Positions 28,700 through 37,652 are shown, counted from the first letter of the stretch. The stretch: DNA of 40,864 bases from a virus (IMGVR_UViG_3300043409_000588:1-40864); one strand, 5' to 3'. Numbers and translations are program-made. Notes: generated by a model not told the origin, from the sequence alone.

Positions 28700-30923
28700 T
28701 CTGTTGAGGCTGTTGATTGTTTGAGTTTACATTAATGTTGTTATTAATGGTAGGGGCTTGCTGACCGCCTTGACCTTCTTGTTTCATCTTATCAGCAACA
28801 GGAGATACGCCAATTCTGCCAATCTGCTTGTTCTGTTCCTGCATAACCGACATTTGCAGGTTTTTGACATAGTTCTGAAGCATCATCTGGAACATCTGGT
28901 CGGACTGGGAAGCCTGTTGAGCCTTGGGATTCTTGCTCATAATGTCCTGCAAGTACTGCATCTTGGTAGAAGCCGTAGGGTCGTTTTCGACATAACTAGC
29001 CTCATTGCCAAGCATCATCATACCAATCTCAGTCTGAACATCCTTATACAGCCTCTGGGAGGCAGATGCATTGTTAATGATGAGTTCCTTCGCAGAATCT
29101 GGTGCAATGGCTTCCACAGCCTTCTGAACCATTCTGTTCCTGTCAATAACGCCACCACTATCCATCGGAAGTACGAACTGCGAGATAGCCTGTAGTTTTT
29201 CCAGAACCAAGTCGGAATACAGATTACGGACATCAAACTTAACTTCAAAATCGTACTGATGGGTAATGTTATCAATTACCTTTGGCATAGGAAGTGATGT
29301 GATTCTTTCCACTTCAACAATGTCCATATACTGAAGAGAAAGTTGAAGCATCTGGCTGTAGATTTCAGTCCAAGCAGTAAGCCAGTTATCAACGGAGTTC
29401 TGCTGAAGCATCTGAGCAAGTGCAGGAGGGGTATCCTCACGCACAAGACCAAAGTAAGCAGAAGCGTTCTTTTCAACCGTGTTCACAACAAACTCAGCAA
29501 TAGTAGGAGTACCCTTCGGTGGCTCCATCCACTTGTAGTCGTTTACATCTGAAACAGGGAGTAGCATTGCTGGTCCGATTCTTCCAGTCCCACCAACTCG
29601 TCTCTTATACATTAGGGGGGGAACTGTTTCGAAGGCAGTACGGTCTCTCATCGAGTCGTGCTGTGCCTTAAGTTCCGCTTGGTCTGTCGATAGGATGTCG
29701 GTGATTCCACGGCTTTCGTAAACGGCTTTGCGAATGTACTCCCTGCGAAGCACAACAAATGGATACTTTCCGTGAGCGTAACCCAGTTTGCCGTGCTTCA
29801 AATATGTATCACCCTGTGCATTGGGCGAAAAGATAGTGTAATAGATGCAAGGATTACCTGCTTCATTCAACTGTCTGTAGTAAGCATAACTAACCTCAAT
29901 TAGGTTAGCGGTCTTGCTTCTGTAGTCGTTCATTGAACGGTTAACAGGAACAATATTAGGGTCTCTCCAAAGAGTAAACATACCCTTGGTCTTAATTGCA
30001 TCTTCAACACCTTCTTCATTCCAATCATCCGTGTTAATCATAGCACGAACTTCCAGTTCAGTCATAAAGACCTTTCTGAAGATTAGACGAGCCTTCTGTA
30101 GGTCAATAGTTTCTGGAGGGAACGAAATTTCGTCATACGGCTTAAGAGCAGTAACAACAGGAAGATTCTTAATAAGAGTTTCCTTGTAGATAACAGCATA
30201 CGACTGCTCTCTCATTTCCTTGACCATTCTTCTGATATCCTTTTCGGACATTGAAGGCATATAGTTGGCAACCAGAGTTACAGCAAGTTCGTCTTGAGCG
30301 GGGTCTAGAATAATAGAAGGAAGAGAAGCAAGAGGGCTTTCTGGATTCTGACTAGCCATTTCTGTGGCAACATTTACCAAGTCGGAAATTGTGAAGCGTT
30401 CTTCAACAGTACCCATTTCCTGTTCCCATCCAATGTGCATAGCAGACCAACCATACTGGTTTGTGTACTGACCATACATTTCAGCCTCTCTTCTCATCTC
30501 TTGATTCTGTCTACCTCTGGCAACATACTCCAAAAGCATCTGCATACCGCCAGCAGTAGCAGAGTCATCTGAAGTTCTTCCAGACACACCAAGTTTAGCA
30601 CCCTTAAGAGAATTCATCCAAAGAGCCGTCTGTTCATTGATGATTCTATCAATCAGTCTGACTCTTGCATCAGATGCACCTTCAAACGGCAACGCAGGGT
30701 CATCTTCATCACGGTTTTTGCTAAATTTTTTACCGTCAGAAGTTTGACCATTCCATCTGCAATAACGAATATCATCATTATCGTTAACTTCGTGAACATT
30801 GGAGCCAAACAGGTAAGAACGGTTAAGTTCAAAGATTAACTGCTGAATATCTGGAGTTTCGCTACCATACAACAGTTTATCGTCAGTAGTGTTATCTCCC
30901 ATAAATTTGTCTTGTTTACTCAT
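28686..30923 (-). CDS. Portal protein
   Basis: 745 aa directly after the terminase; PFEGASD, YPFV..RRE....YESRGI motifs; Gln-rich C-terminal helices. Confidence 0.88.
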   Translation of the reverse strand: MSKQDKFMGDNTTDDKLLYGSETPDIQQLIFELNRSYLFGSNVHEVNDNDDIRYCRWNGQTSDGKKFSKNRDEDDPALPFEGASDARVRLIDRIINEQTALWMNSLKGAKLGVSGRTSDDSATAGGMQMLLEYVARGRQNQEMRREAEMYGQYTNQYGWSAMHIGWEQEMGTVEERFTISDLVNVATEMASQNPESPLASLPSIILDPAQDELAVTLVANYMPSMSEKDIRRMVKEMREQSYAVIYKETLIKNLPVVTALKPYDEISFPPETIDLQKARLIFRKVFMTELEVRAMINTDDWNEEGVEDAIKTKGMFTLWRDPNIVPVNRSMNDYRSKTANLIEVSYAYYRQLNEAGNPCIYYTIFSPNAQGDTYLKHGKLGYAHGKYPFVVLRREYIRKAVYESRGITDILSTDQAELKAQHDSMRDRTAFETVPPLMYKRRVGGTGRIGPAMLLPVSDVNDYKWMEPPKGTPTIAEFVVNTVEKNASAYFGLVREDTPPALAQMLQQNSVDNWLTAWTEIYSQMLQLSLQYMDIVEVERITSLPMPKVIDNITHQYDFEVKFDVRNLYSDLVLEKLQAISQFVLPMDSGGVIDRNRMVQKAVEAIAPDSAKELIINNASASQRLYKDVQTEIGMMMLGNEASYVENDPTASTKMQYLQDIMSKNPKAQQASQSDQMFQMMLQNYVKNLQMSVMQEQNKQIGRIGVSPVADKMKQEGQGGQQAPTINNNINVNSNNQQPQQNEGY

Positions 30924-32530
30924 TAGTATGAAAAGGGTACATTGGCAGGAATTGATTTATCATCAATATGCTCTGGTTGCATTACTACTAAATATCTCAA
31001 ACAGTCAATAGGGTCTTTTGTTGCCCCCTTGTCACCATCGTGACCTGTCCACTCTCGTAGGCAGTAGATTAGGTTTTTGCAGTTTTCTGTAATGTAAAGT
31101 TTTGGCTGGTTGAGCGGAGATAGCGGTTCATTAATGTCAAACGCCAACAAGTCATTAATCATAGCAACGCCTTGCTCAATGGCAACACCAGCCGAGGGTG
31201 CGAAATACATTGGCTTATCGCCTCCGTCTAGCAACTCGATAACGGATGTGCCTCCGTCTCGCCCAATTGCCTGTGTCGCACCCGCACGAGGGTCGATATA
31301 GCGTTCTAATATCTCCTCGTTGCCCTCTAAAGTCTTAATGGTCATCTTGTAGTCATCAATACCCATACCAGCACCATTTCTCTGAGCCATACCTTCCTTG
31401 CCATCTGCCTTTTCACTTGGCAAAGCCCATTCACCATAAGAAATGTCTGGAAACTCTCTGTAGATAAACAAATTGCCGTCTGGAGTCTTTCTTGCCCAAA
31501 TCATAAACCAGTTTCTTGCCCCAGCAGGGTCAATAACCATATAATTGGTTCCTTCTTCTGGTAGAGCCTTTAATGGCACAATATTTCTATCTCCAAACCT
31601 TGGAAATTGGTTTCCAACCGTATTGTCAGCCCAGCCATACGCACGAATCTTCTGTTCGTACAGGTTTTTGCCTGTAAGGGTCTTAACCAACTCGTCAAAG
31701 GGGTTGTAAGGGTTAAGTTGGGAGTGAAACCAAATTACTGAAGCGTTTCCACGATAAGAATGAGCCGTAAATGGCATATGACCCTTTGGACAGCCTCCAA
31801 CATAGACATTGTTTTGGTCTAGGATTGTTGCTGGAAGCGTTTTTGTAAAATTACACCCAGACACAAACTCTTTAACTACCTGCGAGTAGCCAGCAATAGG
31901 TGTAAATGTGATTGCCAGTTTTCCTCTTCGTGTAACGAGACGGTATCGCAGGGTCTCAACCCAGTCCATAGGCACAAGTTCATCGCACCAGATAAGGTCA
32001 CACTCGCCACCTTCGATAACATCTCTCTTCTGGGCGTAATTCATAAACACACATTGAGAACCATTAGGCAAAATGAAGGACTCTTCGGAAAATCCATTCT
32101 TTTGGCTGTACGCAATGTTAGTTACCTTGCCCTTTTTGAGATTTTTTAATTCTGGAGGCATATACTTCCAGACAACATTCTGTTGCATCTGAATACTAGA
32201 CTTCTGAGTCGTGTGAAGACACCAGACCATTGCGTTCTTTTTATTGACCAAAGTCTGCACAACACGCTTTGCCATCCACTCAGTTTTACCAGCACGGTTT
32301 CCACCAAGTACCAAGATTTCCTGCTTTTCCTTTATAAGTCTATCTGCTTCGTGCCAATGTTCTGGCTCAAATCCGTGACGAAATGGGTCTAACTGTTCAG
32401 CAAGAATCTTATCTTCTCTTAGTTCAAGAACTTCAGCAGTCTTCTCAATACCAAGACGCTCAACGAGCATCTTGATATCTGGCATCTTAAGAAACGGATG
32501 CGGAGAAGGCGTGAAGTTTAACTCGTCCAC
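30923..32530 (-). CDS. terL: Terminase large subunit
   Basis: Walker A GGNRAGKT, Walker B LIWCDE, motif III ITFTP, RNase-H nuclease MVIDPAG and KDPIDCLRY. Confidence 0.95.
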   Translation of the reverse strand: MDELNFTPSPHPFLKMPDIKMLVERLGIEKTAEVLELREDKILAEQLDPFRHGFEPEHWHEADRLIKEKQEILVLGGNRAGKTEWMAKRVVQTLVNKKNAMVWCLHTTQKSSIQMQQNVVWKYMPPELKNLKKGKVTNIAYSQKNGFSEESFILPNGSQCVFMNYAQKRDVIEGGECDLIWCDELVPMDWVETLRYRLVTRRGKLAITFTPIAGYSQVVKEFVSGCNFTKTLPATILDQNNVYVGGCPKGHMPFTAHSYRGNASVIWFHSQLNPYNPFDELVKTLTGKNLYEQKIRAYGWADNTVGNQFPRFGDRNIVPLKALPEEGTNYMVIDPAGARNWFMIWARKTPDGNLFIYREFPDISYGEWALPSEKADGKEGMAQRNGAGMGIDDYKMTIKTLEGNEEILERYIDPRAGATQAIGRDGGTSVIELLDGGDKPMYFAPSAGVAIEQGVAMINDLLAFDINEPLSPLNQPKLYITENCKNLIYCLREWTGHDGDKGATKDPIDCLRYLVVMQPEHIDDKSIPANVPFSY

Positions 32531-33988
32531 TTATCGAATATATCCGTCAGTAGAATAGTTTCCAGCATCTGGATTAAGACCTAAATCTCTTGGGTCTGTA
32601 CCTCTAATAGTACTCCAACCCATTGGTCCAGCAGAAGGGTCAACATTAAGTACAGAACGCCTATTGTTGTAGTTTTGCAGAGAAGCATCTTCAAACGCAA
32701 TTTGCGTCTGTTGTCTTTCAAGGGCAGAACCAAAAGGTGTGGCTTTAATATTATCATTCATATCAATGCTGTATTCGTGTTCTGGACCTTTATACACATC
32801 GGGAGTCCACATACTTTCTGGCACACCAAGTCTAGCAAGTTCCTTGGAATAAATAGCCTTAAATCTAGGAGAAGACTCAACTGCTTTAAACAGTTCGTTT
32901 CCTTTTTCATTAGTATTTTGTGTAAGACCGTGATTGTCGTGGAATACACCAGTATGCGTCAGTTCAACTGGATGACTTTTGCTTGAGTCACCAGTAACCT
33001 TTGCTTTTTCTTCTCTAAAGATTCTGTGAGCATTGTTGATAGCATCTCTGCGTTCTTCCCAATCTGGAACGCCAGACATACCAAGACCTCCAAAGGTAAG
33101 AGCCTCACCAGCACCTCTGCCAACTCTTTTGGCAGATTTAAGCGTAGCAAGAGTACCTCCAAGACCTTGAATAAGTGGGTCTTTAGAATTTCCAACCTGT
33201 TTCATATATTCGCTATTCCAAACGCCATCAGTACCAACAACATCATACACGGCTCCACCAAGTTCCATACCAGCCATTGCCATAGGAATCTTATTACCTC
33301 TAAATCCACTTCTTACAGATGCCATTGAATTTACAGGCTGACTGCCACCCATAATTGCTTTATACCCTCTTCCAGCCTTTACCCATCTAGATGTAGGGTC
33401 AGCAACTGCTGGCTGTAGTCCTTTTGTAGAAAATTTCAGAGCCTGTTCTGGAGTAATCTTTCCATCAGCAACAGCCTGTGCAAGTTTCTTAGCGTCTACG
33501 ACTGCGGATTCGGCAGTAGAAACAAGTCTAGTAGGTGCTCCAGCATCCGTAGTATAAGGAAGTGCTTCTCTTCCTTTCATTGTTAGTTGAGGAATTCTTT
33601 GCAGATTTGCTGAATTTTCATAACCCTTACCCCAAGGCAAATAACCTAACCGTGAATCAGAAGCAATAGCACGACCAGCATCAGCAAGTGCCTTACCTCC
33701 TGTAGGGGTGCTAGAAGTTACATCAAATCCAAGTTTAGTAAGTTCTTTAGCAATCTTAACTTCTTCAACTCCTCTAGCACGAAGAGCCTGTGTTGCTTCA
33801 AGGATGCCAGTACGGTATGCACCAACAGCCTTACTTCCTGCATAATAAGCACCAGCAACAGTTCCAGTAGTTCTAGGATTCTGACTGATAATCGTAGTTG
33901 CTGACGAAGGTTGCTTTGTCTTAGGTCTTACCGTAGGGTTGGCATCCTGCCAGTCCTGTACAATCTTAGCAAAAGGGTCTTCAGCCAT
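32531..33988 (-). CDS. 485-aa orphan protein, possibly virion-packaged
   Basis: Long ORF abutting terL; Ala/Gly-rich with hydrophobic hairpin GAGEALTFGGLGMS. Confidence 0.6.
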   Translation of the reverse strand: MAEDPFAKIVQDWQDANPTVRPKTKQPSSATTIISQNPRTTGTVAGAYYAGSKAVGAYRTGILEATQALRARGVEEVKIAKELTKLGFDVTSSTPTGGKALADAGRAIASDSRLGYLPWGKGYENSANLQRIPQLTMKGREALPYTTDAGAPTRLVSTAESAVVDAKKLAQAVADGKITPEQALKFSTKGLQPAVADPTSRWVKAGRGYKAIMGGSQPVNSMASVRSGFRGNKIPMAMAGMELGGAVYDVVGTDGVWNSEYMKQVGNSKDPLIQGLGGTLATLKSAKRVGRGAGEALTFGGLGMSGVPDWEERRDAINNAHRIFREEKAKVTGDSSKSHPVELTHTGVFHDNHGLTQNTNEKGNELFKAVESSPRFKAIYSKELARLGVPESMWTPDVYKGPEHEYSIDMNDNIKATPFGSALERQQTQIAFEDASLQNYNNRRSVLNVDPSAGPMGWSTIRGTDPRDLGLNPDAGNYSTDGYIR

Positions 33989-34365
33989 TACTTTCTAAGT
34001 CCTGTTTTGTAAGCGTGAATAAGATTCTCACTAGGGGTGCAAGCCTCTAGGTTTGATGCACAATTATTGTGCTTATTTCCATCAATGTGATTAATCTGCA
34101 TATTCGTTAAAGAATGTTCATTCCAATGAATGAGACCGAAAGTAATAGCAACCATCTTGTGTGCATTTACATTAAACCTAAACTTATTGTTATGCAACTT
34201 GAACTGAAGGTATCCAGCCTTGGTCGCAGTAGGCTTAATTACCCTGCTGGGAAGCCTTCTGCCGTCACTTGTAGTCTTGGGGCAAGACCTTAGCCTCCCT
34301 TGGTCTGAAATCTCGTACAAGCCCTCAAATTGCTTGATTGGTACTGGGAGCCATTTTTCTTCCAT
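33988..34365 (-). CDS. NUMOD4-HNH endonuclease (free-standing homing type)
   Basis: EKWLPV..FEGLYEISDQGRLRS (NUMOD4), then AHKMVAITF and INHIDGNKHNNCASNLE..T.SEN..HA (HNH). Confidence 0.92.
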   Translation of the reverse strand: MEEKWLPVPIKQFEGLYEISDQGRLRSCPKTTSDGRRLPSRVIKPTATKAGYLQFKLHNNKFRFNVNAHKMVAITFGLIHWNEHSLTNMQINHIDGNKHNNCASNLEACTPSENLIHAYKTGLRK

Positions 34366-34420
34366 TGGGTTTAATAAGGGTTTGTGCTATTAAAGCGAAA
34401 GCCGTTTGGCGTTAATAAAG

Positions 34421-34495
34421 TGGAGCATCGGGTCGGACTTGAACCGACAACCTACAGTTTACAAAACTGTTGCACAACCATTGTGCTACCAATGC
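34421..34495 (-). tRNA. tRNA-Thr(TGT) with encoded CCA
   Basis: Minus strand reads GCATTGG..GCAC/GTGC..ACAGT-TTTGTAA-ACTGT..GTCGG-TTCAAGT-CCGAC-CCGATGC-T-CCA. Confidence 0.95.
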
Positions 34496-34513
34496 GTAAA
34501 TTAGTTCTGTATC

Positions 34514-34535
34514 GTTCTGACCGTTAGGTCAGAAC
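34514..34535. other. Perfect 9-bp hairpin just upstream of tRNA-Thr
   Basis: GTTCTGACC-gtta-GGTCAGAAC. Confidence 0.6.
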
Positions 34536-34545
34536 TGCGATTTTG

Positions 34546-34617
34546 TTATTGGTCGTAGAAATATAGATTTTCGCCCTCATCATCGTCATCATCGTCCTCG
34601 TGAGGGTCAATTTTCAT
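34546..34617 (-). CDS. 23-aa acidic micro-ORF (MKIDPHEDDDDDDEGENLYFYDQ)
   Basis: ATG 3 nt after the upstream stop; poly-Asp uses mixed GAT/GAC codons. Confidence 0.45.
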   Translation of the reverse strand: MKIDPHEDDDDDDEGENLYFYDQ

Positions 34618-34620
34618 TGG

Positions 34621-34989
34621 TTAGAACAAGCCACCGTTCCAAAGAGAGCGGACAGGGTCGTATCTACCAGTAGACTGGTTTGCGATTCCGTTGGTTTGCA
34701 GATTATTTTGATTACTGTATGTTCCAAAGCCAATATTACCGCCAGTAGAAGGGTTAGTGCTACCGTTAGATTGACCTTGGAATCCGTTCATACCAAACTG
34801 CGAATCTTGGAACAAGAAATTCGGAGTATAACCAGAAGAACCGACATTAGATTCAGAAGCATCCTTAAATCCCTGTGGCTTATTCCATTGAAATCCTTGG
34901 TTCATTGGAGTGCTATTAAACTGCGACAGGTCTACGCCAGTAGTCGGAGCATAGGTAGGCTGTGCAGGAGCACCTCTTTTACTTCCCAT
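34621..34989 (-). CDS. 122-aa low-complexity G/N/Q/S/F-rich protein
   Basis: MGSKRGAPAQP start; nearly uncharged and disorder-like; overlaps the upstream ORF end. Confidence 0.65.
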   Translation of the reverse strand: MGSKRGAPAQPTYAPTTGVDLSQFNSTPMNQGFQWNKPQGFKDASESNVGSSGYTPNFLFQDSQFGMNGFQGQSNGSTNPSTGGNIGFGTYSNQNNLQTNGIANQSTGRYDPVRSLWNGGLF

Positions 34990-35113
34990 TTTTAGACTTC
35001 TCCTTCTGCTCGTGGTCGAGCGGTTTGAAGTTAGGAATACCTAGGGTTTTGCACAAATCTTTTGTGCCACAGTTAGACTCCTTTTTTGGAGAGGGTTTCG
35101 AAGGCTTTTTCAT
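34979..35113 (-). CDS. Small basic hypothetical protein (44 aa)
   Basis: MKKPSKPSPKKESNCGTKDLCKTLGIPNFKPL...; bridges two flanking genes with short overlaps. Confidence 0.5.
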   Translation of the reverse strand: MKKPSKPSPKKESNCGTKDLCKTLGIPNFKPLDHEQKEKSKNGK

Positions 35114-35582
35114 AAGATTTAAAAGACTGACCACGAACGGTGTGGCTATTTTCATTGGTGTCAACTACGACCCACGCACCTTTGGAAAATAGTTGGTTGT
35201 CACGGCAGTTAACCATAACATTAAACCCAGAGTTATGTTCCACCATCAAGACCATATGGTTCTTGTATAGGTTTCTGACAACCTTGCCAACCCACTTGGT
35301 CTTATGCACCATATCTAGAAACTGAGCCTTACTCATTACTTTCATATCAGTATCTGGCTTAATCACAGGAAGACCAGCCTTCTCGGACAGGTAAGCCCTC
35401 AGAAAGTACATACCAGCATCAGTCCAATACACGGTACGCAGGTGTTCTGGCTTGTTTGACTCCTCTCTGACCCAAAGAGGACCGACATTCTTGTCAGAAT
35501 TAGCCAGATTCTTCCTCAGATACTTAAATTCGGCTCTGGTGATGTTCAGAATGTCTACCAACTCCGACTCCTTGTGGTTCAT
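35073..35582 (-). CDS. Putative DNA-binding protein (HTH-like N-terminus), first late-module gene
   Basis: ESELVDILNITRAEFKYLRK helix-turn-helix pattern; beta-rich C-terminal half. Confidence 0.6.
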   Translation of the reverse strand: MNHKESELVDILNITRAEFKYLRKNLANSDKNVGPLWVREESNKPEHLRTVYWTDAGMYFLRAYLSEKAGLPVIKPDTDMKVMSKAQFLDMVHKTKWVGKVVRNLYKNHMVLMVEHNSGFNVMVNCRDNQLFSKGAWVVVDTNENSHTVRGQSFKSYEKAFETLSKKGV

Positions 35583-35658
35583 ATGTCTACTTTCCCCAGA
35601 GGAATCGATATGTCAATACCTGTATCTCATAGTCTATCCTATAACCCTATTCTATATG

Positions 35659-35727
35659 TAGGAAATCCATAGCACCCCCCTAGGGAAATCTATTACACCC
35701 CCCTAGGAAATACATTTCCCCCTACCC
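35659..35727. repeat. Phased direct repeats CACCCCCCTAGG(G)AAAT in a non-coding block
   Basis: Copies at 35673-35689 and 35696-35711. The core TAGG(G)AAAT starts at 35659, 35681 and 35704. Confidence 0.75.
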
Positions 35728-36004
35728 AAAACATTAAAAAGCGACAGTCCAAGCAGATACCCCTTGACACCATATACCACCTACCCCCCTAATAACCCCC
35801 TGCCTTCATCACTACTAGTCTTTTGCAAGTAAAAAGTGTGTATCTGAATGCGTTGAGAAACAGGGCTTGTGAGAGAAGTTGCACCCCCCCGCCCCGTAGG
35901 GCGAGAGGATGCATTCTTTTCTCGTGATGCCGTGCGATGCGTAACGGATTATTTTCCGTTCAACATACGCAGGACGATGATGAATATTCCCAGCGTAATC
36001 AGAC

Positions 36005-36526
36005 TCACTTGGTCAAGTATTCGGTGATGTCCAAATCTTCGACTAGGTTAGCGATTCTGTTTTGCTGGGCGTAGATGGCGTCCGTGAAATCCTTCGCTTT
36101 GAATCCCGTTTTCTCAACCGAGGAAATCAGTCGGCGATACAACCGCTTATCTTTCGGAGCCTTCATATCCTTAATGGCTTTGTCCTTCGCTTCCTTTGCG
36201 GTGGCGATAACAGCGAGCAACAGCGGTTCAACATTGGCGGTCCAATTTGCGACACGCTGAATATCGAGCGTACTGTTATCGAGGTCAGCCGATTCCGATT
36301 CAAGTTTGGCGAGAGCCTGCTTGAACTTTTCCTTGGTGAGCGTCTTGGTTTTCTTTTCGCGAGGCACGAACTTTTTATTCGTGAGAGCCTTCAACGATTC
36401 CTTCATCGCCTCGATTTTTTCGAGACGCTTCTTTTCGAACCTCGCTTCGGATTCTTTCCGCTTGGCGATTTCGATTTTCAGTTGGCGTTGTGCCTTCTGT
36501 TCTTCCGTCAGTTTCTGTTTTGCCAT
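36005..36526 (-). CDS. Lys/Glu-rich helical hypothetical protein (173 aa)
   Basis: ATG at 36526 (MAKQKLTEEQK...) after an A/C-rich leader. Confidence 0.75.
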   Translation of the reverse strand: MAKQKLTEEQKAQRQLKIEIAKRKESEARFEKKRLEKIEAMKESLKALTNKKFVPREKKTKTLTKEKFKQALAKLESESADLDNSTLDIQRVANWTANVEPLLLAVIATAKEAKDKAIKDMKAPKDKRLYRRLISSVEKTGFKAKDFTDAIYAQQNRIANLVEDLDITEYLTK

Positions 36527-36628
36527 ATGCGTGGTTACTATCACCGCACTTGTTGTTGGTTCGTGCGGAGGTCAGCCGTGCGTTGTGCCGTGCTTTCCTA
36601 TTGGTAAGATATCAGATACTGGGAGCAT

Positions 36629-36662
36629 AAAATGAAATCCACGCACCTGCACGATGCGTGGA
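36629..36662 (-). terminator. Intrinsic terminator
   Basis: Minus strand TCCACGCATC-gtgca-GGTGCGTGGA followed by TTTCATTTT. Confidence 0.7.
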
Positions 36663-36716
36663 CTGTGTGACGGCTCAGATTTCTTGTGAAACCTGTCTTT
36701 AACCGAAGGTTTTTGC

Positions 36717-36788
36717 TTATTTTCGCAGACCTTTGACTAAGATGCAGAGCCATATACCAACCACTACTGCCTCAGCCAGCGTTGTCAT
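36717..36788 (-). CDS. 23-aa hydrophobic micro-peptide (MTTLAEAVVVGIWLCILVKGLRK)
   Basis: ATG overlaps the end of the upstream gene; one transmembrane-like helix plus a basic tail; followed by a terminator. Confidence 0.45.
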   Translation of the reverse strand: MTTLAEAVVVGIWLCILVKGLRK

Positions 36789-37212
36789 CTGCTCGTGACA
36801 ACTGTTCGTATGGTTTCAGTTCAGCATTCTGCCAACCATACTGTTTATGATTCTCCATACTCCTACGAGCGTGTGCTTTGGCGAACCAAGCATTCCATTT
36901 GGTCATAGACATATGGGATACATTTGTCGTAAGCCCCCAATAGACAACGACATCATTTAACTGATGTTGGAATCCTTCGGTTGCTGAATACCAATGCGAA
37001 TGCTTACTGATGGTGGCGTTGATGATTTCAATGCGTCTGTTAATCTCGCACATCTTCTTATCGGTCATCTCACCATCGATGTCGTGTTGTAACAACATCT
37101 GATAGAAGACAAACGATTGAGCACGAGGCAACCAATGCAATGAACCATCCTTCTGCCGATACTCAATTAACTCCTTCTTAATGCCCTTGGCGAATTCGAA
37201 GTCGAGGCTCAC
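36772..37212 (-). CDS. Hypothetical protein (146 aa from GTG 37212)
   Basis: GTGA start/stop overlap with the upstream gene; WGLTTNV motif. Confidence 0.7.
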   Translation of the reverse strand: MSLDFEFAKGIKKELIEYRQKDGSLHWLPRAQSFVFYQMLLQHDIDGEMTDKKMCEINRRIEIINATISKHSHWYSATEGFQHQLNDVVVYWGLTTNVSHMSMTKWNAWFAKAHARRSMENHKQYGWQNAELKPYEQLSRADDNAG

Positions 37213-37409
37213 GAGTGTGTGTATCCGTCTGCTTCGATTCCCATCACCATTTGAGCACCAGTCTGGTTGCCTTTGACAGCGACCATAATGCATTGCTCGG
37301 CTGGGAGTTTATGGATGGATGTGTAATCAAGAGTCCATCCGATGTTAACCAACTTGATGAGCGACTCTACCTGTGCAGGGGTCAACTCGACTCCATTGAT
37401 GAGTATCAT
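37209..37409 (-). CDS. Small hypothetical protein (66 aa) ending GIEADGYTHS
   Basis: ATG at 37409, 4 nt after the upstream stop; C-terminal motif typical of a small phage family. Confidence 0.75.
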   Translation of the reverse strand: MILINGVELTPAQVESLIKLVNIGWTLDYTSIHKLPAEQCIMVAVKGNQTGAQMVMGIEADGYTHS

Positions 37410-37413
37410 ATGA

Positions 37414-37605
37414 TTAGATTCGGTTGTAGCAGTCACGGAATTCCAACCATCCGCTGATGAACAGTTTTGCATCACGCTTCGTCTTGAACGATTGCTCGGA
37501 GTCGAGCAACGCCTTGTCTTTGCCGTGAGGCACGATGTAGATAGCAACAATCCAAGCCTTGTTACGCTTGGTTGGCTCGATACCGATGCTGAATATGTTA
37601 GCCAT
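37414..37605 (-). CDS. Small hypothetical protein (63 aa)
   Basis: Fills the gap; FKTKRDAKLF motif. Confidence 0.65.
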   Translation of the reverse strand: MANIFSIGIEPTKRNKAWIVAIYIVPHGKDKALLDSEQSFKTKRDAKLFISGWLEFRDCYNRI

Positions 37606-37615
37606 AGTGATAAGC

Positions 37616-37645
37616 GGGACGCACCACCTTGCGATGATGCGTCCC
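37616..37645 (-). other. 13-bp GNRA-capped RNA hairpin between genes
   Basis: Minus strand GGGACGCATCATC-GCAA-GGTGGTGCGTCCC with two G-U pairs that only form on this strand. No U-tract. Confidence 0.7.
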
Positions 37646-37652
37646 TGTAATA

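Noticed and set aside
34549-34572. ENLYFY resembles the TEV site ENLYFQ, suggesting a synthetic tag
   Set aside because: It is not the exact site and there is no vector or tag context; coincidence.
35659-35800. Repeats as a mini-CRISPR array
   Set aside because: Repeats and spacers are far too short and there are no cas genes.
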